A DNA stretch of 63,976 bases, filler included, from Thraustochytrium aureum (taxonomy: Eukaryota), in the NCBI GenBank assembly GCA_012862495.1. It is 5 parts of 4 records of this genome, joined end to end, with 100 filler letters (N's around TTAATTAATTAA, not from the genome) between each part and the next. Parts side by side here need not be neighbours in the genome. Positions count along the whole stretch, not along the records: positions 27,820 to 50,744 come from BLSG01000160.1; positions 50,845 to 59,034 come from BLSG01000161.1; 3 more parts are not named here. One strand, given 5' to 3'. Of this stretch, positions 45,726 through 58,331 are shown piece after piece; position 1 is the first letter of the stretch, and each line of letters begins with the position of its first letter. The position numbers and the translations under genes are program-made. The notes under the pieces are model-generated. The model made no database searches, was not told the origin of the DNA, and saw only the letters and a program-made list of their open reading frames with translations.

Positions 45726-46830
45726 GCACAAGATCCTCCCAAGCGCCGAGCGGGCAGCGCGCCCCGATCCACGCGCTTGGCTGCCTGCGCCTCTCCCGCG
45801 ACGCCGCCAGAGCTTTGCATCGTTGCCTGCCGCGCCGGCAGACAGCTTCAGGATCTGTCGGGATCGTTTTCGCTTCCGCCCAGCTCGAGCCACGTGCCCT
45901 GGCTATCGTTGAGGGCGTGAGCTCGCGGTCGTGCCCGCGTGGGCCGCGCGCCCTGGACGTTGGACGTCCTGGATGCTGGGCGAGGAGCTGGCTGCCTGCA
46001 AGCGTTTTGGCGGGTGGGTGCACCGAGGAGTCTTGCGAACGTGAACGAGACCTTCTGGGACGGCTGGGCCGGCCCTGCGGCCAACTCGGGCAGGCCACGA
46101 CGCAGTCGCGATGCGCGGCGTGAACGCAGCATCGTCGGCCAGCGAGGGCCAGCGAGCTCGTCCACGTTCCAACGCGACCACTTTGGCACCCCACAAACAG
46201 GCTCGCTCACGCTTCCGCACATGTCGACCGCCGCCGGCGGCGCAAGGAACATGCCCGCGTCCATCCATGCCTGCGGGCCTCGAGCCGACGTCGTCGGCGC
46301 GCTGGGCATGGCGCGCTCCGCGATGAACAGGCCGGCCGCCAACTCGATGGATGAACGCATCACTCGAAGGTAAGGTAGAGTANNNNNNNNNNNNNNNNNN
46401 NNNNNNNNNNNNNNNNNNNNNNNNNNNNNNNNNNNNNNNNNNNNNNNNNNNNNNNNNNNNNNNNNNNNNNNNNNNNNNNNNNNNNNNNNNNNNNNNNNNN
46501 NNNNNNNNNNNNNNNNNNNNNNNNNNNNNNNNNNNNNNNNNNNNNNNNNNNNNNNNNNNNNNNNNNNNNNNNNNNNNNNNNNNNNNNNNNNNNNNNNNNN
46601 NNNNNNNNNNNNNNNNNNNNNNNNNNNNNNNNNNNNNNNNNNNNNNNNNNNNNNNNNNNNNNNNNNNNNNNNNNNNNNNNNNNNNNNNNNNNNNNNNNNN
46701 NNNNNNNNNNNNNNNNNNNNNNNNNNNNNNNNNNNNNNNNNNNNNNNNNNNNNNNNNNNNNNNNNNNNNNNNNNNNNNNNNNNNNNNNNNNNNNNNNNNN
46801 NNNNNNNNNNNNNNNNNNNNNNNNNNNNNN

Positions 46831-49800
46831 AGAATGGCGCGGAATGGCGCGACGGACGCGTTGAACGCGCGAGGCTGGAGCTCGGAGTGAACGCGGTACT
46901 GCCCAGCTATGCTGCGGAGGAGAGGAGCGGCCGTGCCTGGACGGCGGTGGCGCTCGTTGAAGGGGCCGTGGTGGAGGAGGAGGACGACGCCATCAAGATT
47001 GTTGACAAGACCGCAAGCTGCGCGATGACCAATCTGGTCGTTTTCCCAACCGGCTGGGAGGGCCGTGCGGATTTCAACGTCATGGGGTCAGCAAGGCCAA
47101 GGGGCTCTGACGCCGGTGCTTCGGCCGAGCGAGCCGGACAAAAGAGACCTCGGCGACGGGGCAAGGCAAGATCCGGATCGGGGCCGCTGGATGCGTTTCT
47201 CAACGACGCGCTTGAAGATCTGCTGGCGTGCAAACCGCAGGGCCGACACCAAATCGAAAACTACGAGGGAGACCCTCGAGGGCAGTCCCTGGTCGAGGCT
47301 CTGTTCGGGCAGGTGCATTTTACTGAGCCGGGCCAGAATGCGCTGTTAGCGGCGCTTGGCTTGCGTCGAGTTCAGCAACTGCACGCAAACTGGCTCCCAC
47401 TGCTTGCCGCGGTACGGAGCGAGCAGCAGACGTACTTTGCCCTGGGGACTGCGGAGCACACGCTCGAGTCAATGATCAAGTTCAACTACGCGACTCTGCG
47501 GCCAGCGTCGCTGCCCTCGCACACGCCGCCCAGGATCGGCGAAGTCTGCGTCTCAGAGACCGACGGGCGGTCGGATGAGCCGCTGCGATTCGTGCTGTAT
47601 CAGATTCTGCAGGCCATCGAGTACCTCCACAAGGCCGGCCTGAGCCACGGCCGGCTGCGACCGAGCCAAATTCACATGTCCTCTGACCTCTGGGTGCTCG
47701 TAAGTCCTCCCCTCCCGGGCCTCGCCGAATCAGCAGCGCAGCCCGCCCTATTGCAAGATGCCGATAAAAACCTACTGCCCCCCGGCGGGGACTTGCACTC
47801 GGCGGATGAGGACGCTCCGCGAGTGCTCTCCGGCCTCACCGAAAAGTGGTGCAGACACGAAATCTCCAATCTTGACTATCTCATGGCGGTCAATGCAGCG
47901 GCGGGCCGGCGCATGGCAGATGCCAACTTTCACCCCGTGATCCCTTGGGTGACAGACTTTTCCGACCCGGACTTGGACGATGAGGAGGCGGCCCATTGGC
48001 GCGACCTCACCAAGAGCAAGTACCGCCTTGCAAAGGGGGACGGCCAGCTAGACATCACTTTCACCAACTCGCCCACGCCGCACCACATCACCGAGTCGCT
48101 GTCCGAGATTACGTTTTACATATACATGGCAAGGGTGACACCGCTCGCCACGCTCCGCGCCGTGGTGCGCAACAACTTTGAGGCGAAAGAGTACCCAGCC
48201 TCGATGGCGCGAATGTTCGAGTGGACGCCGGACGAGTGCATTCCAGAGCTCTACCTCGACCCGAGTGTTTTTGCCTCAACGCACACCTCGATTGACATGC
48301 CCGACCTGCAGCTGCCGCACTGGTGCGGCACACCCAGCGAGTTCGTGGCGTGGCACCGCCAGGCGCTCGAGTCCCCGCGCGTCTCGCGCCAGCTTCACGA
48401 GTGGATCGACCTCAACTTTGGTCACAAGCTCGCCGGCGACGCCGCCGTCTCGGCCAAGAACGTCACGCTCCCACTTGCATCCCTCGCGTCGCAGCGACTC
48501 CGCAAGAGCCCAGGGTTCGTCCAAGTCTTTACGGAGCCGCACCCTGCTCGCGTGGCCAGCACCGGCGTTGAGGCCAGCGTTGGACCAGCCAATTTGAGTG
48601 CTGCGACAGACTTTGAGCGAGCTGTCCGCTTCGAGGTTGCGTTCGGACACCGCCTGGAGCCGCGGTACGCCGAGGCGCGCTCGGAAGCGGGCCCGGTCTC
48701 GCGTGACATGTTTGCGGTGGGGTGCATCGCAGCGGAAATGTACCTGCGCGAGCCCGTGCTCACTGCCACGCGGCTTGCGCAGATTTCTGCAGGCTGGGCA
48801 CTGGAGCGCGCCGCACCGGAGTTGCGTCGCATTCCGCGCCGAGCGCGAGAGCTCGTTTTGAGCTTGCTGGGGCCCTCCTCGGCGCGCCCGACGGCGGGCG
48901 AGTGCCTCGCGACTGACTCAGGCGGGCGCTGTTCCCNNNNNNNNNNNNNNNNNNNNNNNNNNNNNNNNNNNNNNNNNNNNNNNNNNNNNNNNNNNNNNNN
49001 NNNNNNNNNNNNNNNNNNNNNNNNNNNNNNNNNNNNNNNNNNNNNNNNNNNNNNNNNNNNNNNNNNNNNNNNNNNNNNNNNNNNNNNNNNNNNNNNNNNN
49101 NNNNNNNNNNNNNNNNNNNNNNNNNNNNNNNNNNNNNNNNNNNNNNNNNNNNNNNNNNNNNNNNNNNNNNNNNNNNNNNNNNNNNNNNNNNNNNNNNNNN
49201 NNNNNNNNNNNNNNNNNNNNNNNNNNNNNNNNNNNNNNNNNNNNNNNNNNNNNNNNNNNNNNNNNNNNNNNNNNNNNNNNNNNNNNNNNNNNNNNNNNNN
49301 NNNNNNNNNNNNNNNNNNNNNNNNNNNNNNNNNNNNNNNNNNNNNNNNNNNNNNNNNNNNNNNNNNNNNNNNNNNNNNNNNNNNGGCAACGTCCTAAACG
49401 TTCTGAGACTAAGTGGGACCTCGGCGTTTTTGCGGCACTACATCGGCTTGGTCCGGGACGTCGCGCTCAGCGGGGTCGCACCACGCGCGGTTCGAAACGA
49501 GGCCGCCGAGGCCCTGCTCGCACTGAGCAGGGTCCGGGCACTCGGCCCGGGAATCGCCGTCGAGTACATCCTTCGCCCGGTGCTGCAGCGATGGAGTCTC
49601 ATGAAAGCCAACTCGTGCGCTCCGGCCGATAGGGCAAGTGCGTATCTGCACGTCTCACAGTTTTGCCAAGAATTGCCGGCGAGCGGCGAGAGCCTTGGGG
49701 TGCCAGCCGTCCTGCGGCTGTGGCACGCGCGCATCGCGGCCCTCGTCGATTCAGTACACGACGTAGTTTCCGCGAACGTCGCAAAGCCGGGCGCCAGGCC

Positions 49801-50744
49801 AGACGTGGACCTAGCTCTTCCGGTGCAGAGCCCCTTGGTCAAGGTGGTCCGTTTCGTCGCGATCCTGTGCGGGCGGCTCGCCGTAACGCGCCTCGTCCTG
49901 CCCTGCGCCTTCAAGGTGCTGTACAGCTTTTGGGACCAGTTGGCGCCGTTTTCACCGAGGCAGCTCGCGGCCGCACTCGACGTCGTCGCAGTGCTCGTCT
50001 CGGTCCTGTCCGTCCTCGAGACGGAGGACATTGCGCAGTGGTTTCTGCTGGGGGGCTCTCCCCAGAGCAGCCGCGACGGCGGCGCAGCCCCTGCTATTCA
50101 GCGTCTAGTGGCCCGCGTCGCAGACTCCTCGCGGAGGTCGCCAGAGGGCGGCCCGGACGATCTGCTCGGAATCTACGTGAGTGTGCTTGCCGCCATTGTG
50201 TGCTCCCGCGCCGGAGGGAACGCGATCGGGTTTGTGCTCGAAGCCGCTGCCGCGATTTTCGAGCGCGCCGCCGCTTCCGACAACCAGAAGGAGGTTGGGC
50301 CGAGTCTTTGGGCCGCGCGAATTATCTTCATGCCGTTTGACATGACTTGGGGCCGGTCAAGAATTCGGTCTATGTACCCGACCATCGCCCCAGCACCATT
50401 CGAGCAGCACCTCGTTTACCCATTTGCGCGAGCCTTCGGAGAGGACGGGGGTGGCCCTGGTTCGGGGCAAGCCAACCTCGATGCGTCACTGTATGTGTCT
50501 GATCTGGATGAGCACCGCGCCACATTGCTGCAGTCTGCGCTTCGCGAAGTGAGGGCCACAGTGCCCCACCCTGGCGATTCAGCGCTGCTTCCGGCCCGAG
50601 CAGCGCACTCTGCGGGAGGCCAACACGAGAAAGGGAACGTCCTTGTGAGTCCCAAGAATGAGGAGGCCGCTTTCTGCGACGATCTCGAAGAGGAGATCGA
50701 CGAGTCCGGCGACGCTGGCGAGGCCGATCTCATCGACACCGAAA
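46831..50744 (+). CDS. WDR81/GFS12/LvsG-like BEACH protein with split kinase-like domain (partial at both ends)
   Basis: FVLYQILQAIEYLH..GLSHG.L, then BEACH (ISNLDYLM..N..AGRR...FHPVIPWV, WRDLTKSKYRL.KGD.QLD, WTPDECIPE, HRQALES..VS..LHEWIDLNFG.KL.G.AA..AKNV), then DMFAVGCIAAEMY..RPTA.ECL. HEAT-like helices follow the gap. A possible upstream exon ends at an AG|GTAAG near 46369. Confidence 0.85.
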
Positions 50745-50844
50745 NNNNNNNNNNNNNNNNNNNNNNNNNNNNNNNNNNNNNNNNNNNNTTAATTAATTAA
50801 NNNNNNNNNNNNNNNNNNNNNNNNNNNNNNNNNNNNNNNNNNNN
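50745..50844. other. Artificial scaffold-join spacer
   Basis: 44 N + TTAATTAATTAA + 44 N. Confidence 0.97.
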
Positions 50845-53800
50845 GTTCATGCAGCCCTGCGATGCCGCGCAAGCGTCGAACGCTCGCAGAATGACGTCGA
50901 CGACGCGCTGGCTCGTGAGCACGTTTCCGCCGACGACGGCGCTCTCTGCGGAGGGGTTGAGGATCGAGTTGGGCGGGATGCGGATGGTCACGGGGGCCAG
51001 GCAGCCCTGGTTGAGCGGGATGTCCTGCCCCACGAGGCAGCGCAGCGAGTAGATGATCGCCGAGTAGGTCACCGCCGGGGGCGCGTTGAGGTTGCCAAAG
51101 ACCTGCGGCCCGGTGCCCGCAAAGTCAAACACCGCGCTTCCCGTCTTGGGGTCGATCTCAATCTCGACCTGGATCGGCGTCCCGTCGTCCATAAAGTCGC
51201 AGGCGCGCACCGTGGAGGTCCCCTTGCTCTGCGCAAAGCCGCGCAGCATCTCGCGCACGGCGACTTCAGCGTTCTGCTGAATAAAGTCCATGTAGGCCTG
51301 CACGACAGGCAACGAATACTCGTCGACGAGCGCGCCGACGAGGCGCACGCCGTGGTTGTTCGCCGCCACCTGGGCGCGAAGGTCCGAGAGGTTGTCCTGC
51401 AGGGCCCGAGTGCCGACGCACAAAGCGTCGTCAGGGTTGCTCGGCGTCGTCAGGATACGGGTGATGCCGGCCTCTTGGAACTCGCCGCCGCGAACAAGCT
51501 TGAACGACACGATCGCGGCGCCCTCGTCGCGCAGCGAGCGCGAGTGCGGCGGCATCGAGCCAGGCGTAATGCCCCCCACGTCTGCATGGTGGCCGCGACT
51601 CGCGACCCAAAACACGATGTGCGACCCCTGGAAGCACGGCGTGATCACAGTAATGTCTGGCAAGTGCGACCCGCCTGCGAGCTGCGGATGGTTGGAGACG
51701 AGGACGTCGCCGGGTCGCAGCACCTTGTCCGGGTCGCGCTCGCCCTTGTACCGCTCGTGCTGGAAGCGGATGGCCTCTTGCATGGCGCCGAGGTGGACGG
51801 GGATGTGCGGCGCGTTCGCGACAAGCCCGCCGTCGGGCCCAAACAGGGCGCAGGAAAAGTCGAGGCGCTCCTTGATGTTTACGCTCACCGAGGTGCGCTG
51901 CAGGGTCCGCCCCATCTGCTCGGCGATGCCCATGAATCGGTTCGAGAAGAGCGAGAGCTGGATGGGGTCGGGCTCGGACGGCACGCTCGAGGGCGCTGGC
52001 CGCGCGCGGTCTGTCGGGGCATCGCTGGAGAGTGCCCGCTTTGCCCCAAGCACGTCGATGGTCATGTCGCCCGCGCTGGAGACGTAGGCGGTGCAGCGCG
52101 GCTCCACGACCACCGTCGAGTTGGGGTCCAGCACGATAGCTGGGCCGTGTATGCAAGCGCGGGCGCGGGCCAAGAGCTCGAGCTTGTACACCGGGGTGTC
52201 TGGGACCCATTCGCCTTCGAAAAACACGCGGCGGCGCTCGATCGGGCTGGGGCCGGCGGCCGAGCGCTCTTGCTTGGCCGGGAGGGCCGCCGCGAGAGCG
52301 GCGGCTTCGCGCTCTTGCGCTGCGCGGGCGCCGCTTCGGCCGGAGGCCCGCACCCGAACGTCGTCGACGATGATTGAGCGCCCTGTGAGCGAAAAGCCAA
52401 ACTCCCTCGCGTAGTCCTGGCGAAAGACTGCGACAAAATCTGCGATCGAGGCCTTGGCGTCCGTGGAGCGCGCCATGAGCGCCGTGTCCGTGCCGCTAAA
52501 GCGCATGTTGAGGAAGAACTCGCAGTCGGCTTCTGCAGGGCCAAAGCCCTGCACAGCAAGGTTGGCGAGCGCCAGGTCGCGCAGGCGCTCGAAGGTTGCG
52601 GCGATGGCCGCCGGGGCGGCACTATCGGCTGGGCGGCCCTCCTGATCGACCTCGGCGGCGCAGGGTTCTTGGTGGTCTTCGACGACGTCTGCGAGGCCGA
52701 TGCCAAACGCGGAGAGGATGCCCGAGTGGCGGTGGATGAAGACCTTGCTCATTCCGAGGGCCCGCGCGATCGCGCAGGCGTGCTGCCCCCCGGCCCCACC
52801 GAAGCAGGCCAGAGTGTGTTTGGCGAGGTCGTAGCCGCGCATCTGCGTCAGGTTGCGGATGGGGCGGCACATGGCCTCGTTGGCGACCTTGACGAAGCCA
52901 AACGCGATCTGCTCTGGGGTGCGGCCCGGGCCCGCGGTCCCGGCGGCCTCTTCGGCGGCGTTGACTTCGTCCGTGAGGCGGCGAAAGGCTTCGTAAGAGG
53001 CCTGCAGGTCGAGCGGTTCGTCCTCGCCGGGGCCAAAGATCTTGGGAAAGTGTTCGGGCAGGAGACGGCCGAGCACAACGTTGGCGTCGGTGACGGCGAG
53101 CTCGCCCCCCTTGCGGTAGCAGACCGGGCCGGGGTGCGCCCCCACCGACTCTGGGCCGACTTGGAAGATGCCCGAGACGAATTTGAGCTTGCTGCCGCCG
53201 CCCGCGGCGATCGTGCTGATGTCGAGCTGCGGGGCCTGGATCGTGACGCCGGCCGTGGTGGTCTCGAAGACGTGCTCGTAGTGGCCCGCGAACCGCGACA
53301 CGTCCGTGGAGGTGCCGCCCATGTCAAAGCCCACGACCTGGTCGGAGGCTCGCGCGTGCGCGGTGTCTTGCGCGAGGCGCGTGGTGAGTGCGTACCCGAC
53401 GACGCCGCCGGCGGGGCCGGACAAGATTGCGCGGTGGCCCGAAAAGCGGTCGACGCTCGTGAGGCCGCCGTCGGACTGCATGAAGGAGACGTTGACGTCC
53501 TTCAGCAGGCGGTCGTCAAAGCCCGCCACAAAGGTGGCGAGGTACCGCCCGATGTGAGGCGTCAGGTAGGCGTCCGCGCTCGTGGTGTACCCGCGCGGCA
53601 CAATCTTGACCATTTGCATCACCTGGTGCGAGAGGGAGACCTGGCTGAACCCGACCTCGCGAGCGATCTCGCCCACGCGCTTCTCGTGGGCGGGGTAGAG
53701 CGCAGCGTGCATCAGAACGACTGCGACGCTCTCGATGCCTTCGCGCTCGCGGAGCCGCACCAGTTCGCTTCGGACGGCGGCTTCGTCGAGTTGGCGCTCC

Positions 53801-54309
53801 ACCATGACGGGCTCGCCCGTCACCGCGACGCCGAGCCGCGCGTCGCCTCGCGTCGTGCCGAAGCGGGCTTGGGCGTCGGGGCTCGCGAGCACGACGCGCT
53901 CGTCCAGTTCGACGACCTGGTCGTACAGCGTTTCGGGGCACGAGATCGTGAGGTCGAAGATCTCGGGCCGCGCTTGGTTGCCGATGTGCCACAGGTCGCG
54001 GAAGCCGCGCGTGGTCAGCAGGGCAAACTTTTCTCCCTTGCGCTCCAGGAGCGCATTGGTCGCCACGGTTGTGCCCATGCGGATCGACTCGATGCGGGAG
54101 GTGTTGAGCGGCTCGGAGCGCGGGTGGCTTTCGTTGAAAAACTCTTCCAGCACCCTGCGGATGCCCTCTCGCGGCGCATCTTTGTAGTTGCTCGGATCCT
54201 CGGACAGCAGCTTGAGTACGCGCGACCTGGTGCCGCCCTTGCCGTCCGCCGCTTCCGCGTACACGTCCGTGAAGGTCCCGCCCCGATCGATGCTGAACCT
54301 GACCTTCAT
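50845..54309 (-). CDS. OPLAH: 5-oxoprolinase (ATP-hydrolysing, fused HyuA+HyuB type), 3' truncated
   Basis: [90 protein letters not shown] and [11 protein letters not shown]. Confidence 0.96.
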
Positions 54310-54441
54310 CCCCTCAGCCGGCCGGCCAGCGCCTCTCTCCGTCGCGCAAGTCTCGCCAGGCCCGGCCCTCGTCCGTCCGGTTGCTCGAGAATAAGCGCAA
54401 GCAAGCGCGTCGGTGTCGGGAAGGCAACAAACGCCAGGTCG

Positions 54442-54664
54442 CGCGGCGAGAGCTTCCGGCCTGCTCCAGCAACAGCCGCCTGCCTGCCTGCCTGCCTGCC
54501 TGTTTGCTTGCCTGCCTGTTTGCTTGCCTGCCTGCCTGCCTGCGCGGCCTGAGGATTGCCTGCCTGCCTGCGCGGCCTGAGGATTGCTCCCGGCTGGCGT
54601 TCGTTTGGTGTCTGCTGTGCGTCAGTGGATACTAGGTGAGAACTTGGCCCTGTTCTCGTGCAAG
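54442..54664 (+). repeat. Copy 1 of a ~220-bp diverged direct repeat containing (GCCT)n
   Basis: Colinear with 56182-56373 outside the microsatellite (ggcctgaggattgctccc, gtgtctgctg, gtgcgtcag, ctgttctcgtgcaag). Confidence 0.8.
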
Positions 54665-54906
54665 CGCTCCACCATCACCAGACCCGGGAGGCGGCGAAGT
54701 ACCTTGCCGCGGGCGGTCTGGCCGTGTGTCCCGGGCGTGGCGGTGCTGCTCGGAGCGCTCGCTGGCTCGCTGGCCTGATCGAGCTGCTGCGAGGGCCGTC
54801 GGGCCGCCACTAGCGCGTGCGTACTGGTAGATCCTCCTGCAGCGCCAGGCGAGCCAGCCAGTCAGCTAGCGAGCTACTGCAGCAACAGCAGGAGCGGCAA
54901 CTGCAA

Positions 54907-55369
54907 ATGCAGCAACAAATGCTTCAGCAGCGTGAACCAGCTCAAGGCCGAGGACCACACGCCCCGCTAGCAGACGTCAACTGCTCTGCATCGCAGAACG
55001 ACAAGGGCGAGCAAACTCAACAGCGAAACGCCCAACTCGGCCAGGCAATGCTGGAAGAAGAGTACACCGCCGCCGACCAAAACTTGAGCCGCGACCACCA
55101 GGACCAAAACCAAACGCGGTCCAGCGACGCGATGCTGTCCCTCCCCGTGAGCGGCTCAAAGGCGCAGCAGTTAAGAAACCTGCTGTCTCGCCAAGTCTCC
55201 CGCGAGAGCGTCATTGACGGATGGTCGCTCGAGCAAGACGCCAACCTCAAGGTCCTCGTCGAGCAGCTAGGAACCGAAAACTTTGGCGAAATCGCCGCAT
55301 TTCTCGCGCCCCGGACAGCGTCAGAGTGTGAGCTGCGATGGGACGAAATCACGAAACCAAACAACAAAC
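54907..55369 (+). CDS. Myb/SANT-domain protein, partial (runs into gap)
   Basis: Q-rich N-terminus, then WSLEQDANLKVLVEQLG..NF..IA..L..RT..ECELRW...KP, one Myb repeat. Confidence 0.75.
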
Positions 55370-56181
55370 NNNNNNNNNNNNNNNNNNNNNNNNNNNNNNN
55401 NNNNNNNNNNNNNNNNNNNNNNNNNNNNNNNNNNNNNNNNNNNNNNNNNNNNNNNNNNNNNNNNNNNNNNNNNNNNNNNNNNNNNNNNNNNNNNNNNNNN
55501 NNNNNNNNNNNNNNNNNNNNNNNNNNNNNNNNNNNNNNNNNNNNNNNNNNNNNNNNNNNNNNNNNNNNNNNNNNNNNNNNNNNNNNNNNNNNNNNNNNNN
55601 NNNNNNNNNNNNNNNNNNNNNNNNNNNNNNNNNNNNNNNNNNNNNNNNNNNNNNNNNNNNNNNNNNNNNNNNNNNNNNNNNNNNNNNNNNNNNNNNNNNN
55701 NNNNNNNNNNNNNNNNNNNNNNNNNNNNNNNNNNNNNNNNNNNNNNNNNNNNNNNNNNNNNNNNNNNNNNNNNNNNNNNNNNNNNNNNNNNNNNNNNNNN
55801 NNNNNNNNNNNNNNNNNNNNNNNNNNNNNNNNNNNNNNNNNNNNNNNNNNNNNNNNNNNNNNNNNNNNNNNNNNNNNNNNNNNNNNNNNNNNNNNNNNNN
55901 NNNNNNNNNNNNNNNNNNNNNNNNNNNNNNNNNNNNNNNNNNNNNNNNNNNNNNNNNNNNNNNNNNNNNNNNNNNNNNNNNNNNNNNNNNNNNNNNNNNN
56001 NNNNNNNNNNNNNNNNNNNNNNNNNNNNNNNNNNNNNNNNNNNNNNNNNNNNNNNNNNNNNNNNNNNNNNNNNNNNNNNNNNNNNNNNNNNNNNNNNNNN
56101 NNNNNNNNNNNNNNNNNNNNNNNNNNNNNNNNNNNNNNNNNNNNNNNNNNNNNNNNNNNNNNNNNNNNNNNNNNNNNNNNN

Positions 56182-56373
56182 CGCGGCAGAGCCTGCCAGC
56201 CAGCCCCAGCGACAACCGCCAGCCTACCTGCTTGCCTGCCTGCCTGTTTGCCTGCCTGCGTGGCCTGGGGATCGCTCCCCGCTAGCGTTTGTCCAGTGTC
56301 TGCTGCGCCAGCCGTGCGTCAGCGGACGCAAGGTGCGAACTCGGCCTCAATCAACGCGCTGTTCTCGTGCAAG
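56182..56373 (+). repeat. Copy 2 of the diverged direct repeat
   Basis: See 54442-54664. Confidence 0.8.
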
Positions 56374-56804
56374 GCCGCCGAACACAATTGCACCGCCGCA
56401 AGCTGCTGGCTTGGCGATACGACCGATCGCTGCCCGATCGTGGTACCTACTGCGCGGGGCCGTCGGTCCGGTGCACTGCACGCACTGTCGCGCACTGGCA
56501 GACCGATCCTCGAGCGAGCGAGCGAGCAAGGGCCGTCAAGTGCATTGCTCGTTCCCTTCGCAAGGGTCCTTTGCAAGGGTACGCAGAGTAATGAAGTCCC
56601 CAATGCCACGCGAGGGCGTTGGCGGCAGATCGTGACCCTCCTCGTCTGCAGCGCCACGCGAGGCATCGAGCGGCGCGGCGGCCCCACCATGTGCGCACTT
56701 GCACGTCCACTTTGCGTTCCAAGAGTATCTTGGAGGTGTCGTTTTGGTGAGACCCAGAAACAAGGGAATGAACGTGAAACAAGGCGGAAGAGGCGGAAGA
56801 GTTT

Positions 56805-56996
56805 CGAGAATGCACAGAGGAGGATCTCGAGAATGCACGGAGGAGAGGAGGGCAGAAAAAGCACGAGAATGCACCGGCCGTAGTGAGGGGGAAGTGTTTC
56901 GAGAATGCACCACGGAGGCGAAACAAGAGGTGAAACCAGGGAAAGCGCGATCAAACTTTGCGGCCTCCTCTCATGCCTGCGGCAGCGAGAATGCAC
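56805..56996 (+). repeat. Five copies of CGAGAATGCAC separated by non-identical spacers
   Basis: Exact 11-mer at 56805, 56828, 56864, 56900 and 56986. Confidence 0.85.
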
Positions 56997-58331
56997 GCGC
57001 ACACCCCCTTCCCTCACATCGTGCCTGCGTTTCTGTCTCTGGACCTGAGAGGGAGGGAGGGGGCGGTTCGCTTGGGTGGCGCCCCTCACAACAGGCCAAC
57101 AATCTCGTTCGACTCCTCCACCGCAACGTGGCGCTTGACGCCTCACAAGGCGGCACGTGGAGCGAGGCGCCTCACAGGCGGTGCGGCCCCTCCCTNNNNN
57201 NNNNNNNNNNNNNNNNNNNNNNNNNNNNNNNNNNNNNNNNNNNNNNNNNNNNNNNNNNNNNNNNNNNNNNNNNNNNNNNNNNNNNNNNNNNNNNNNNNNN
57301 NNNNNNNNNNNNNNNNNNNNNNNNNNNNNNNNNNNNNNNNNNNNNNNNNNNNNNNNNNNNNNNNNNNNNNNNNNNNNNNNNNNNNNNNNNNNNNNNNNNN
57401 NNNNNNNNNNNNNNNNNNNNNNNNNNNNNNNNNNNNNNNNNNNNNNNNNNNNNNNNNNNNNNNNNNNNNNNNNNNNNNNNNNNNNNNNNNNNNNNNNNNN
57501 NNNNNNNNNNNNNNNNNNNNNNNNNNNNNNNNNNNNNNNNNNNNNNNNNNNNNNNNNNNNNNNNNNNNNNNNNNNNNNNNNNNNNNNNNNNNNNNNNNNN
57601 NNNNNNNNNNNNNNNNNNNNNNNNNNNNNNNNNNNNNNNNNNNNNNNNNNNNNNNNNNNNNNNNNNNNNNNNNNNNNNNNNNNNNNNNNNNNNNNNNNNN
57701 NNNNNNNNNNNNNNNNNNNNNNNNNNNNNNNNNNNNNNNNNNNNNNNNNNNNNNNNNNNNNNNNNNNNNNNNNNNNNNNNNNNNNNNNNNNNNNNNNNNN
57801 NNNNNNNNNNNNNNNNNNNNNNNNNNNNNNNNNNNNNNNNNNNNNNNNNNNNNNNNNNNNNNNNNNNNNNNNNNNNNNNNNNNNNNNNNNNNNNNNNNNN
57901 NNNNNNNNNNNNNNNNNNNNNNNNNNNNNNNNNNNNNNNNNNNNNNNNNNNNNNNNNNNNNNNNNNNNNNNNNNNNNNNNNNNNNNNNNNNNNNNNNNNN
58001 NNNNNNNNNNNNNNNNNNNNNNNNNNNNNNNNNNNNNNNNNNNNNNNNNNNNNNNNNNNNNNNNNNNNNNNNNNNNNNNNNNNNNNNNNNNNNNNNNNNN
58101 NNNNNNNNNNNNNNNGTGCAGGTTGCAAGTCTCGGTGGCTCGCAGGCCAGGCGCGTGCTCGCTCTAGCTAGCACGGTCTTAGGACTGACGGCGGAAACGA
58201 AGGTGGACGCTCGCGCGCGGCGGCGGGGCTGCACGCGGAGGGAGATCGCGCCAGGCTGCTGATCCTGCGTTACTGCTGCTGCTGCTTGGCTGGGGTGGCG
58301 AGAAGCAGGAGGCGGACTGGGTGGCGGCAGG

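Noticed and set aside
52669..54552. Long antisense ORFs (e.g. 627 aa opposite OPLAH, 350 aa opposite CWC25, 448-478 aa opposite the p400-like gene)
   Set aside because: Shadow ORFs are expected with high GC and codon bias; they show no recognisable motifs.
56805..56996. CRISPR array
   Set aside because: The repeat is only 11 bp, spacing is irregular, there are no cas genes, and the context is eukaryotic. Kept only as a motif cluster.
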